DNA of 64,000 nucleotides from a bacterium. Lineage in GTDB: Bacteria; Krumholzibacteriota; Krumholzibacteriia; G020349025. The notes beneath the pieces were generated by a model. It ran no database searches, was not told where the DNA came from, and saw only the letters and a list, made by a program, of their open reading frames with translations. The stretch lies in contig JANLSU010000006.1 of the NCBI GenBank assembly GCA_031362565.1, positions 33,605 to 97,604 of the forward strand, in the 5' to 3' direction. Both the position numbers and the translations under genes were made by a program. Shown in pieces: positions 18,531-26,984 of the stretch; within the stretch, counting starts at the first letter, position 1, and the number at the start of each line of letters is the position of its first letter.

Positions 18531-19610
18531 ATGAGCGACGTGCTGCTGCAAGTCCGCGACCTTTGCGTGCACTTTCCGGTGCGCGGCGGCGGCCTGCGCC
18601 CCGGTCCGACGCGCTACGTGCGCGCTGTCGACGGCGTCAACCTGGAGGTGTCCAAGGGGGAGACACTGGGGCTTGTTGGCGAGTCGGGCTGCGGCAAGTC
18701 GACGACCGGCCGCGCCATCCTGCAACTCGTTCGGCCCACTTCGGGATCGGTCGTCTTCCGCGGCGAGGAACTGACCCAGCTTCGGAGCCGCGCGCTCCGC
18801 AACATGCGCCGCCACATGCAAATGGTGTTTCAGAATCCGTATGCGTCGCTCGACCCGCGCATGACGGTGGGTGGCATCATTGCCGAGCCGCTTCGCCTGC
18901 ACGGCCTGCTCCGCGGCAAGGCGCTCCAAGATCGCGTCCTGCAGCTCATCGAAATGGTGGGCTTGAATCCCGCCCATGTGCGGCGTTTCCCGCACGAGTT
19001 TTCGGGCGGCCAGCGCCAGCGCGTTGGCATCGCGCGTGCGATCGCGCTCGAGCCGGAGTTCATCGTCGCCGATGAACCCATTTCAGCTCTCGACGTGTCG
19101 ATTCAGGCGCAAGTGCTGAATTTGCTCAAGGATTTGCAACAGCAGCTCGGGCTGACGTACTTGTTCATCGCCCACGACTTGGCGGCGGTGCAGCATGTGA
19201 GCGACCGCATCGCCGTCATGTACCTGGGCAAGGTGGTGGAGGTCGGCGCAGCGCGCGATGTCGTGCGGCGGCCGCTGCATCCGTATACGCAAGCCTTGCT
19301 CTCGGCGGTGCCGGTGCCCGATCCCGAGGCGGAAATGCGCCGCCATCGGATCGTCTTGCAAGGCGATCCGCCGAGCCCGCTCGATCCGCCGTCCGGGTGC
19401 CGCTTCCGTACCCGCTGTGCCTATGCCATGGACCGGTGCGCAAGCGAAGAACCGGTGCTGCGCGATTGGGAGACGAGCCATGGCGTCGCTTGCCACGCGC
19501 TCGATCTCGTGCCGCCGCCGCATCTCGCGGAGCCGCTGTCGCGGCACCAGGTTGTCGAAACGCCCGGCGGTTCGCCGCCCACCCTCGTGACGCGTGACGA
19601 GCGCTCGTGA
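18531..19610 (+). CDS. Oligopeptide/dipeptide ABC transporter ATP-binding subunit (OppF/DppF-like)
   Basis: GESGCGKST, FSGGQRQR, HPYTQALL and GCRFRTRC C-terminal domain. Confidence 0.93.
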   Translation: MSDVLLQVRDLCVHFPVRGGGLRPGPTRYVRAVDGVNLEVSKGETLGLVGESGCGKSTTGRAILQLVRPTSGSVVFRGEELTQLRSRALRNMRRHMQMVFQNPYASLDPRMTVGGIIAEPLRLHGLLRGKALQDRVLQLIEMVGLNPAHVRRFPHEFSGGQRQRVGIARAIALEPEFIVADEPISALDVSIQAQVLNLLKDLQQQLGLTYLFIAHDLAAVQHVSDRIAVMYLGKVVEVGAARDVVRRPLHPYTQALLSAVPVPDPEAEMRRHRIVLQGDPPSPLDPPSGCRFRTRCAYAMDRCASEEPVLRDWETSHGVACHALDLVPPPHLAEPLSRHQVVETPGGSPPTLVTRDERS

Positions 19611-20485
19611 ACCATCGCATCGCCTTCGCAACCTGTCGCGACATGCCGGAGCTGCGGCCTGACGAGTGCCTGCCGATCGCGCCACTGGCGCGGCTCGGCA
19701 TCACAGCCGAGCCGGCAATTTGGGACGATCCCGCGGTGCGTTGGGAGAAATACGGCAGCGTCATTCTGCGCACAGTTTGGGACTATCACCTGCGCGCCGC
19801 GGCATTCCTGGAGTGGGTGCAGCGGCTCGAAGAACGTGGTGTGCGGCTCTGGAATTCAGCGCCACTCGTGCGTTGGAATATCGACAAACGTTATCTCCTG
19901 GATCTCGCGGCCGGCGGTGTGCGCATCATTCCAACGGTGGTGTTCGAAGAGGGCGCCCGTGTGGATGTGAAGCGCGAACTCGAGCAGCGCGGCTGGCCGC
20001 GCGCCGTCGTAAAACCGGCCGTGTCGGCTTCGGCGTACCGGACCGTTGTCGTGGAAGCGCACGACGCGGTGGCGGCGGGACGAGCGCAGGCGGAAGTCGA
20101 TGCACTCCTTGCAACCGGCGCTTGTCTCCTGCAGCCGTTCGTGGCTGAGGTCGTCGAGCAGGGCGAATGGTCTTTTGCCTTTTTCGATGGCCGCTTCAGC
20201 CACGCAATTCTGAAACGGCCGCAGCCGGGCGATTTCCGCGTCCAAGAAGAGCACGGCGGCATCATCCGCGCCGCGATTCCGCCGCCCGCCCTCTTGGAGC
20301 AAGCCCAACAAGCCCTCGAGTGTATCCCCGGGCCGTGGCTCTACGCGCGCGTCGACGGCGTCGAAACAGCAGGCGCTCTGTCGGTCATGGAACTCGAGCT
20401 GATCGACCCGGCCTTCTATTTCGACCGGGACCCGGCGGCGGCGGAGCGGTTTGCGGCTTGCGTGTATCATCGGAGCTTGGAGTAG
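19607..20485 (+). CDS. ATP-grasp (RimK/glutathione synthetase-like) ligase
   Basis: WDY, RWNIDKRYL, VVKPAVSA, DFRVQEEHGG, YARVD, MELELIDP. Confidence 0.85.
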   Translation: MNHRIAFATCRDMPELRPDECLPIAPLARLGITAEPAIWDDPAVRWEKYGSVILRTVWDYHLRAAAFLEWVQRLEERGVRLWNSAPLVRWNIDKRYLLDLAAGGVRIIPTVVFEEGARVDVKRELEQRGWPRAVVKPAVSASAYRTVVVEAHDAVAAGRAQAEVDALLATGACLLQPFVAEVVEQGEWSFAFFDGRFSHAILKRPQPGDFRVQEEHGGIIRAAIPPPALLEQAQQALECIPGPWLYARVDGVETAGALSVMELELIDPAFYFDRDPAAAERFAACVYHRSLE

Positions 20486-20509
20486 ACGATCGCCTGGGAG
20501 GCCGAATCC

Positions 20510-20746
20510 ATGCAAACGCCGCAGCGCCCGGATGCCAACACCAGCATTCGCGGCCTGCGTACCGTGGTGTACAAAGTGACCGATTTGGCAGCCGCGACCC
20601 GCTTCTACTCGAGCGTCTTAGGGATCGCGCCCTATTTCGAAGAGCCGTTCTATGCCGGCATCAAAGTCGGCACCGTCGAGGACCCGTTCGGCAACTGCTT
20701 CGGCGTCATCGAGAACCCGCATTTCTCGCTGGCGGATGTAAAGTAG
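20510..20746 (+). pseudogene. VOC/glyoxalase family gene with apparent in-frame internal deletion
   Basis: The N-terminal half (LRTVVYKV.DL...FYSSVLG..PYFEEPFY) joins directly to the C-terminal GIKVGTVEDPFGN. Only 78 aa. Confidence 0.6.
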
Positions 20747-20780
20747 GCGGCGCGATCGCACCCCGCGGGAGGCGCTAAGC

Positions 20781-21377
20781 GTGACTTTGGACTCGTTGCT
20801 CGCAGCCGCCATCGGCATCGGCCTCGCTGCCGCATGCGGGTTTCGTGTCTTCGTGCCGCTGCTCGTCGCGTGTGTTGCGGCGCGCACCGGCCACTTGCCA
20901 CTGTCGCCGGATTTTTCATGGCTGGCGAGTACGCCGGCACTCGTAGCGCTTGCGACGGCGACCGCTCTCGAGATCGGCGCCTACTCGGTGCCGTGGCTCG
21001 ATCACCTGCTCGACATCGTCGCGACACCTGCCGCCGTCGTTGCCGGCATGGTGGCGAGTGCCTCGATGCTGACGAGCCTGCCGCCGGTCGTAAAATGGGG
21101 CGTAGCGCTCATTGCCGGCGGCGGTGCAGCCGGCATCGTGCAGGGCGCGACCGTGCTCACGCGTCTCAAGTCGGCAGCAACCACCGGCGGCCTCGCGAAT
21201 CCGTTCGTCTCAGCGATCGAACTCGTAGGATCCCTCGCGACCTCGCTCCTCGCGATCGTCGTCCCAGCAGTCGTGCTTCTGGCGGTCGTCGCCTTCTGTA
21301 TCTTCGCCTTCCGCGCCACCGGCCTCGTCTTTGGCCGCCGCGCCGCGGAGTCGGCCAGCCGGGGGCCGCAGCCCTAG
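20781..21377 (+). CDS. DUF4126 membrane protein
   Basis: GIGLAAACGFRVFVPLL, EIGAYSVPWLDHLLD, TTGGLANP.VS.IE. Confidence 0.88.
   Translation: MTLDSLLAAAIGIGLAAACGFRVFVPLLVACVAARTGHLPLSPDFSWLASTPALVALATATALEIGAYSVPWLDHLLDIVATPAAVVAGMVASASMLTSLPPVVKWGVALIAGGGAAGIVQGATVLTRLKSAATTGGLANPFVSAIELVGSLATSLLAIVVPAVVLLAVVAFCIFAFRATGLVFGRRAAESASRGPQP
21310..21377 (+). repeat. Direct repeat copy 1 (68 bp; 3' end of the DUF4126 gene)
   Basis: 64/68 identical to 23000-23067. Confidence 0.93.
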
Positions 21378-21390
21378 GCCTGTGAGGGCA

Positions 21391-22080
21391 ATGATGCGCG
21401 CGTCTCTCGTGCTGACCTGTATCGTCACCTTTCTGTGGTCTAGACCAGCCCAAGGGTCGAGTGAGGAAACGGCCTGGTGGGTGCGTTTCCAGATTTATTC
21501 GAATTCGGTCGAGCCCGACTCCTCGATGGTCGAGGTGGGGTCGTGCCCAGTCGCACCCGAGTTGTATCGCGTTCAGAGCGCCTCGGTGGTGGGGTTGATC
21601 TCGGTCTTGACGATGGGACAGGGGGAAGAGTCGCTTACAAGCCTCATGCAGTTGAGCGATGACGTGCACATGTCCTTTTCCGACGGCGCGTGGGACATCA
21701 AGGTCTACATCCCGGATGGGCGCTTTCGAGTCGTACTGTTGCCAGATCCATTTTTTTGGACCCCGAGCATTGTTACGCAAAGGAAGGTTCTGAAGGACGA
21801 CGACAAGTTCAGGATCACGGGTATCTTGAATCTGGTCGATCGAACCGGCAATGTGACTTTCCCGCCGGAAGTCTCACCCAGCACCGTCATTCGCTTCGAG
21901 CGGGTCAAGGCCGAGGGATCCGAAATCGCCCTTGGGTTTTCTGCCTACGTCGACTTCGAGATCGCCGGGGGACGACTCCTGTCTCGGGACCTCAACCTTG
22001 TTGTGGATTGTGACGGGGACGGCAAACAGGACCAGGTCATCACAGGTGGGCCGTATGTTCCCACGCCGCGGAAGAAGTAG
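21391..22080 (+). CDS. Secreted hypothetical protein
   Basis: Signal peptide (MMRASLVLTCIVTFLWSRPAQG) and C-terminal DCDGDGKQD calcium-loop-like motif. Confidence 0.6.
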   Translation: MMRASLVLTCIVTFLWSRPAQGSSEETAWWVRFQIYSNSVEPDSSMVEVGSCPVAPELYRVQSASVVGLISVLTMGQGEESLTSLMQLSDDVHMSFSDGAWDIKVYIPDGRFRVVLLPDPFFWTPSIVTQRKVLKDDDKFRITGILNLVDRTGNVTFPPEVSPSTVIRFERVKAEGSEIALGFSAYVDFEIAGGRLLSRDLNLVVDCDGDGKQDQVITGGPYVPTPRKK

Positions 22081-22101
22081 CGGCGTCGCCTTGAAACCTC
22101 G

Positions 22102-22959
22102 GTGAACGTTACGACCGGCAGCTTGTCCCTCGCGGTGCACGGCGGGGACTTCGATGGCGACGGGGATGTCGATCTTGCGGTCGCCCGGTCGACGGCGCGG
22201 ATTGTCACCGTGCTCTGGAACGATGGCGGCGGAGGTTTTCCCGACCGCTCGGAGTACGGCGTACACGACGCGCCGCTGATGCTCCTGGGCGCCGACCTTG
22301 ACGAGGAGGGCGACGAGGATCTCGTGTCGGCGAACTATTACCTCGGGACCTACGCCTTGCAGTTCGCCGCGGTCACGATTCTCTGGAACGCGAGCGACCG
22401 CACGACCCCGGTCGCCGAGTTGACGGGAGAGGCGAGCAGCGACGGTGTTGTCCTGTCGTGGTCGTCAACGCCCGATGTTGCTGAAGCGCTGGTGGTGGAG
22501 CGCGCGCCGGCGGGCGATGGCCTCTGGAGCCAGCTCGCGATCCTGGAAGCGACGTGCGACGCGTCCACTTACACCGATTCGCCTGCGCCCCCGGGACGCG
22601 AGGCGTGGTATCGCGTCACCTTTGTCGCATCGAACGGCGAGCGGACGATTCTGGGGCCGGTGCGCGTCACCCTGAACCCCGCAGCCGGAGCCACGATCGT
22701 GCTCGACCCGGTGCCGCCCGCAATGCGAAGCGGGCCCGTGCAAATCGCCTACTCCATCGGCCTCGAAAACGTACGCAGCCGCCTCGCGATCTACGATGTG
22801 CGCGGCGCCCGGCTCTGGGCAACCCCGTGGGGCGTTCACGGTCCGGGGTCGTACGTCGAGCGCTGGGATGATGCGCGTGCCGCGAGCGGCATCTACTTCG
22901 TGCGCCTCGAGACGAGCGTCGGCCAGCGGACGGAGCGACTGGTGCTGGCGCGGCCCTAG
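22102..22959 (+). CDS. FG-GAP/VCBS repeat plus FlgD-Ig/T9SS-like C-terminal domain protein, probably 5'-truncated
   Basis: GDFDGDGDVDLAV, ADLDEEGDEDL and C-terminal IYDVRG...ASGIYFVRL. No signal peptide. Confidence 0.7.
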   Translation: MNVTTGSLSLAVHGGDFDGDGDVDLAVARSTARIVTVLWNDGGGGFPDRSEYGVHDAPLMLLGADLDEEGDEDLVSANYYLGTYALQFAAVTILWNASDRTTPVAELTGEASSDGVVLSWSSTPDVAEALVVERAPAGDGLWSQLAILEATCDASTYTDSPAPPGREAWYRVTFVASNGERTILGPVRVTLNPAAGATIVLDPVPPAMRSGPVQIAYSIGLENVRSRLAIYDVRGARLWATPWGVHGPGSYVERWDDARAASGIYFVRLETSVGQRTERLVLARP

Positions 22960-22999
22960 TCGATACTGAGCGAGCTTGTTCTCGTGAGATCACTGGAGG

Positions 23000-23067
23000 T
23001 CCGCGCCACCGGCCTCGCCCTCGGCCGCCGCGCCGCGGAGTCGGCCAGCCGGGGACCGCAGCCCTAG
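23000..23067 (+). repeat. Direct repeat copy 2 (68 bp)
   Basis: Duplicate of the DUF4126 3' end. Its CTAG also supplies the stop codon of the convergent ATPase gene. Confidence 0.93.
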
Positions 23068-24227
23068 CCGGCCTTGCCGCTCAGTAGATCGCCCGACCAC
23101 AACAGCTCCAAGAAGCGGCGGTACGGGATGAATCGGATCCCGTTGTTGAGCCGTTCGATCGGGTCCTGCGAAACGAGGAAGAATGCGGCAATCTTCTTCT
23201 CGTCCTGGAGTCGCCGCAGCGATGTCGCATCTCGATCGGACGTGCGTTGCGTCGCCTTGACCTCGATGGCGCAGATGTCGTCGATCACGAAATCGACCTC
23301 GTCCTTGTCATAGGTGCGCCAGTAAGCGAGGCGCGCGGGAGATCGCTGATAGCTGATCGCGGCACGCAGCTCCATGGCGATGAACTGTTCGAAGGCCCGC
23401 CCATACAGATTGGAGTGACGCTCGAGCGTCCGGATGCGGGCCAGCGCATTCGTCACTCCAGTGTCGAATAGATAGAACTTCGCCGCGGTGACTTCTTTGC
23501 GCTTCTTGGATTGTCCCCAGGGCTCGACAAAAAAACCAACGAGCGTGTCCTCGAGAATCCGATAGTGCTCGATGACCGTCGATGGCGATATGCCGATGTC
23601 ACGTGCGACGTTGGCAAAGTTCAGTACCTCGCCCGTTCCGAGGGCCGCCAAGGTCAAGAATCGACCGAAGCGCGGCACGTTGCGCACCGCTGCCTCAGCC
23701 TGAATCTCCTCGCGCAGGTAAGTCCCGACATAGGCGTCGAGTTCTTCGTGCGGTTCCGCGGCGCCATAGACCTGAGCGAGGCCGCCGACGGTGAGGTATT
23801 TCTGGAGATCGAAATCCGGAATTTCAGGCGACACGAGGGGAAATAGATTCGCCTGCCAGGCGCGCCCAGCCAACAAATTCGCGTGCCCGTGCCGAAGCTT
23901 CCTCGCGCTGCTTCCAGTGAGCAGGAAGCGCGTCGGCGTCTCCTCGATCAACCGGTGCACCTCGTCGAGTATCGGCGGCAGCTTCTGAACTTCGTCGATG
24001 ACCACGATGCTTCGAGCACTGGCTTGGATCATGTCCGCCAATTCGCTCGGCCGGTTGCTGAGACGCAGGAAGTTGTCGGACTTCAACAAGTCGATGACGA
24101 AGGCATCGGCGTGGAGCTGTTCACGGATGAGGAAGCTCTTCCCCGTGGACCGTGGTCCGAGGAGGAAGAACGACTTCCGCCGGAGGAGTGGTGCTAGCTG
24201 GAGGATGCGAGAATAGATCATGGCCAA
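23064..24227 (-). CDS. AAA_14 ATPase with DUF4143 / PD-(D/E)XK-like C-terminus
   Basis: GPRSTGKS, IDEVQK, LTGSSA, LAGR, KFYLFDTG, YWRT...EVDF...AIEVK. Confidence 0.9.
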   Translation of the reverse strand: MAMIYSRILQLAPLLRRKSFFLLGPRSTGKSFLIREQLHADAFVIDLLKSDNFLRLSNRPSELADMIQASARSIVVIDEVQKLPPILDEVHRLIEETPTRFLLTGSSARKLRHGHANLLAGRAWQANLFPLVSPEIPDFDLQKYLTVGGLAQVYGAAEPHEELDAYVGTYLREEIQAEAAVRNVPRFGRFLTLAALGTGEVLNFANVARDIGISPSTVIEHYRILEDTLVGFFVEPWGQSKKRKEVTAAKFYLFDTGVTNALARIRTLERHSNLYGRAFEQFIAMELRAAISYQRSPARLAYWRTYDKDEVDFVIDDICAIEVKATQRTSDRDATSLRRLQDEKKIAAFFLVSQDPIERLNNGIRFIPYRRFLELLWSGDLLSGKAG

Positions 24228-24450
24228 ATATATAGTTCGTTATCGAATAAATTCACCTAAAATATTCGATTCACATGGTCCGGGAGGCTGAGGACCGCCT
24301 CCAGGCGGTTCCGGGGCACTTCCAGGGGGGCCCGGTGAGGCTTCTGCCCAGGTCCCGCCTCTCGCCCTCGCTTCTTTCCAGACCTCTCCCTCCGCGTCCC
24401 TCGGGGCAAGTGTTACTCCTCTTGGGAGCCCATCCAAAATGGAGGTCGCA

Positions 24451-24825
24451 ATGCTCGCCTCAGGCAGGATCTGCGGGTTCGTCACGACGCGGGACTACGA
24501 TCAGGCGCGCGTTTTTTATGAAACGAAGTTGGGGTTTCAGTTCGTCAGCGTCGATCCGTACGGGCTGGCGATGAAGGCCGGCGCGCACTCGATCCGAATC
24601 GTGAAGATCACCGATTTCGCGCCGGTACAACGCACGGTTCTCGGCTGGGATGTCGACGACATCGAAGCAATCGTCTCCTGGCTCGAGAAACGCGGCGTCG
24701 GGTTCGAGAAATATCCCTTCGCACAGGATCAGGTACACGGCATCTGGACCGCCCCAACCGGCGACCGCATCGCCTGGTTCAAAGACCCCGACGGGAACGT
24801 GCTTTCGGTCGCGCAGCACGTGTAG
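24451..24825 (+). CDS. VOC/glyoxalase family protein
   Basis: FYETKLG and IAWFKDPDGNVLS motifs; GGAGG RBS. Confidence 0.88.
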   Translation: MLASGRICGFVTTRDYDQARVFYETKLGFQFVSVDPYGLAMKAGAHSIRIVKITDFAPVQRTVLGWDVDDIEAIVSWLEKRGVGFEKYPFAQDQVHGIWTAPTGDRIAWFKDPDGNVLSVAQHV

Positions 24826-24880
24826 ACTTGGCGCGTGGCCCCGACACGTGAACCCAGGCGCGAAGCACGAAGGAGATGCG

Positions 24881-25411
24881 ATGTCGATTCTCAAGTTCCT
24901 GGGCGTGACGCCGAAGACGGCGGCACCGGATGCTGATACCGAAACCGTGCGGCGCATCGTCGTGCAGTTGGAGGCCCTGGAGCCGCATCAGGCACGCTAC
25001 CTGGCGGCCTTCGCCTACATTTTGGCGCGGGTCGCGTACGCCGACGAACAGGTGAGCGACGACGAAACGCAGCGCATGGAACAGATCGTCACGCAGTTTG
25101 GTGGGCTCACTCAGGCGCAGTCCGTGCTGCTGGTGCAGATCGCCAAGTCGCAGGCGGGGCTGTTCGGCGGCACCGAGGATTTCCTGGTGACCCGTCAGTT
25201 CCGCGACTTCTCGAAGCTCGAAGAGCGCGTGCAGTTGCTGCATTGTCTGTTCGCGGTCTCGGCCGCAGACGACTCGATTTCGAGTGTCGAAGAACAGCAC
25301 ATTCGCGAGATCGCGTCCGAGCTTGGGTTCTCGACCAACGACTTTGTCGCCGTGCGTCTCCAGTACAGCGACAAGCGCGCCGTGCTCCGCAACCTGCCCG
25401 GCGGCAGCTGA
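24881..25411 (+). CDS. TerB/DjlA N-terminal family tellurite-resistance protein
   Basis: RVAYADEQVS..E and AVSAADDSIS..E..IREIA..LG duplicated TerB motifs. Confidence 0.85.
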   Translation: MSILKFLGVTPKTAAPDADTETVRRIVVQLEALEPHQARYLAAFAYILARVAYADEQVSDDETQRMEQIVTQFGGLTQAQSVLLVQIAKSQAGLFGGTEDFLVTRQFRDFSKLEERVQLLHCLFAVSAADDSISSVEEQHIREIASELGFSTNDFVAVRLQYSDKRAVLRNLPGGS

Positions 25412-26101
25412 TCAATTGGTAATTTCCACGCTCGCCATGATCACCATGCCGCGAATGACGAGCGTCTTGGTGGGAACCGCCGGGCGCACGGTGTGATCTT
25501 CGTAGCTTCCCATCAGCGGCGTGCCGTGCACAACCACGGTCCAATCGGCCGGCACCTTGAGTTCGATGTTGCCCCACCACGCGAACGTGTCGATGACGGC
25601 CTCGCCGGAGGTGATCGACGCCGGCCGCAAATCGACTTCACAGTTGCCCATGACGGCGGTCAAGTCACCGCCCTTGAAGTCCGGCGAGTTGCAGCCGCGC
25701 TCGACGTGGCCCAGGAAGGCAAATCCATCGACGCGCTGTCCCAAGGAAACGCCAGCAGCGGTTGCACGGCCGCGCGCCAGTACACCCATGACCATGCTGG
25801 CTCCGACCAAGATGAGCGCCACCGGCCACAGGTCCCAAAGATGGAACCGAATGTAGTCGAGGTTGTCGAGTAAGAGCAGCGCGCCTACGACCGCAATGGC
25901 GAGCCCGACGCCGCGCCCCGTGCCCTTGCCACCGGCGGCTTTGGCGAGCCCCACGAGGATGAGCGCCACCGGCCAGTAGTCCCACAAGTGCCGGATGCGA
26001 ATGACGTCCATATTCTCGAGCGTGAGCAACGTCCCGGCGGCAATGATCAGAAGTCCGAAGACGAGCCGCGGCGTGAATCGCTGCGGGTGCGTGGTTTGCA
26101 C
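25412..26101 (-). CDS. LiaF-like envelope-stress membrane protein (DUF5668 + DUF2154)
   Basis: Duplicated LL.N.D.I...LWD.WPVALILVG TM unit and C-terminal VDLR/VPADW beta domain. Confidence 0.85.
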   Translation of the reverse strand: MQTTHPQRFTPRLVFGLLIIAAGTLLTLENMDVIRIRHLWDYWPVALILVGLAKAAGGKGTGRGVGLAIAVVGALLLLDNLDYIRFHLWDLWPVALILVGASMVMGVLARGRATAAGVSLGQRVDGFAFLGHVERGCNSPDFKGGDLTAVMGNCEVDLRPASITSGEAVIDTFAWWGNIELKVPADWTVVVHGTPLMGSYEDHTVRPAVPTKTLVIRGMVIMASVEITN

Positions 26102-26122
26102 GGTGACCCCCTTTGTCCACCC

Positions 26123-26221
26123 ATCCTACGTCAGACCCGCACGCGCGGGTTCGCCGGGTGCTGGCGAGCGAGCGAATCAGGCCGTCGAACGGAGGATTAG
26201 CGCCGTCCGCCGGACGAACCG
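26123..26221 (-). promoter_or_regulatory. LytTR-type direct repeats upstream of the liaF-like promoter
   Basis: Minus strand CGGTTCGTC ... CCGTTCGAC-N12-TCGCTCGCC, then TAGGAT (-10) 34 bp downstream. Confidence 0.55.
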
Positions 26222-26236
26222 CAGCGCCTCGGTCCT

Positions 26237-26848
26237 TCAGAAACGGACGCCGACCCGAATCGGGACGAAAGACAGCGGATCCGGATCGGTCCAGGCGATG
26301 CGCCACATGGCATCGGCGAAGAGATACGTGTTGGGCGTCAGGATGGTGCGCACCCCGAACCCGAGTCCAATCCCGAAGCCGTCGTCGAGTGCATCGGGAA
26401 ACGTCAGCGCGTTGGCGTTCGGGCCGCTGGCGTTCGCTTTGCTGACGCCGGTGTGCGTCCAGCCTAAGTCGGCGCGCGCGTACGGCCGCGTGTTGCCCCA
26501 AGACGTGAGCAAGAATTCGGCGCCGGCAGTCACCGGCACCACATAGAGATCGTTACCCGTCACGTTGACATTGGGGAACTGATCGTCGATCGACAGTTCA
26601 TATGCTGTGGCGTCGAACCCGAAGCGCGCGTAGCCGACGTCGAGCGTCACCGCGAGCCGCGAGTTGGCCGGTACGAGCACCCCCGCCGACAACGTGAAGC
26701 CGGGGTTCCAGCGGTCCGCGATGGCCGTCGATCCGGTCGGCACCGCGAGGCCACCGCCGAATGCGAGGCGATAAGGCGGCAGCGCGGCCGCCGGACGTCC
26801 CGCCAAGAGCAGACCGGCGACGATGGACCACACGATCGCACGCTGCAC
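26237..26848 (-). CDS. Small outer-membrane beta-barrel (OmpA/OmpW-like)
   Basis: GGAGG RBS and GTG start, signal peptide, RPY motif, amphipathic strands and terminal Phe (VGVRF). Confidence 0.8.
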   Translation of the reverse strand: MQRAIVWSIVAGLLLAGRPAAALPPYRLAFGGGLAVPTGSTAIADRWNPGFTLSAGVLVPANSRLAVTLDVGYARFGFDATAYELSIDDQFPNVNVTGNDLYVVPVTAGAEFLLTSWGNTRPYARADLGWTHTGVSKANASGPNANALTFPDALDDGFGIGLGFGVRTILTPNTYLFADAMWRIAWTDPDPLSFVPIRVGVRF

Positions 26849-26984
26849 GACGACCTCCACGGCTCCGCGCCCGCGCCATGATGGCACGTGCGCGATGGTT
26901 GTGAAACCCTCCCGCCCGGGCCTGCACTCTTGTAGATTTCGATTCGGTACGGCTTCGCTGGGCGCCAAGACGAAAGGGGGAGAG

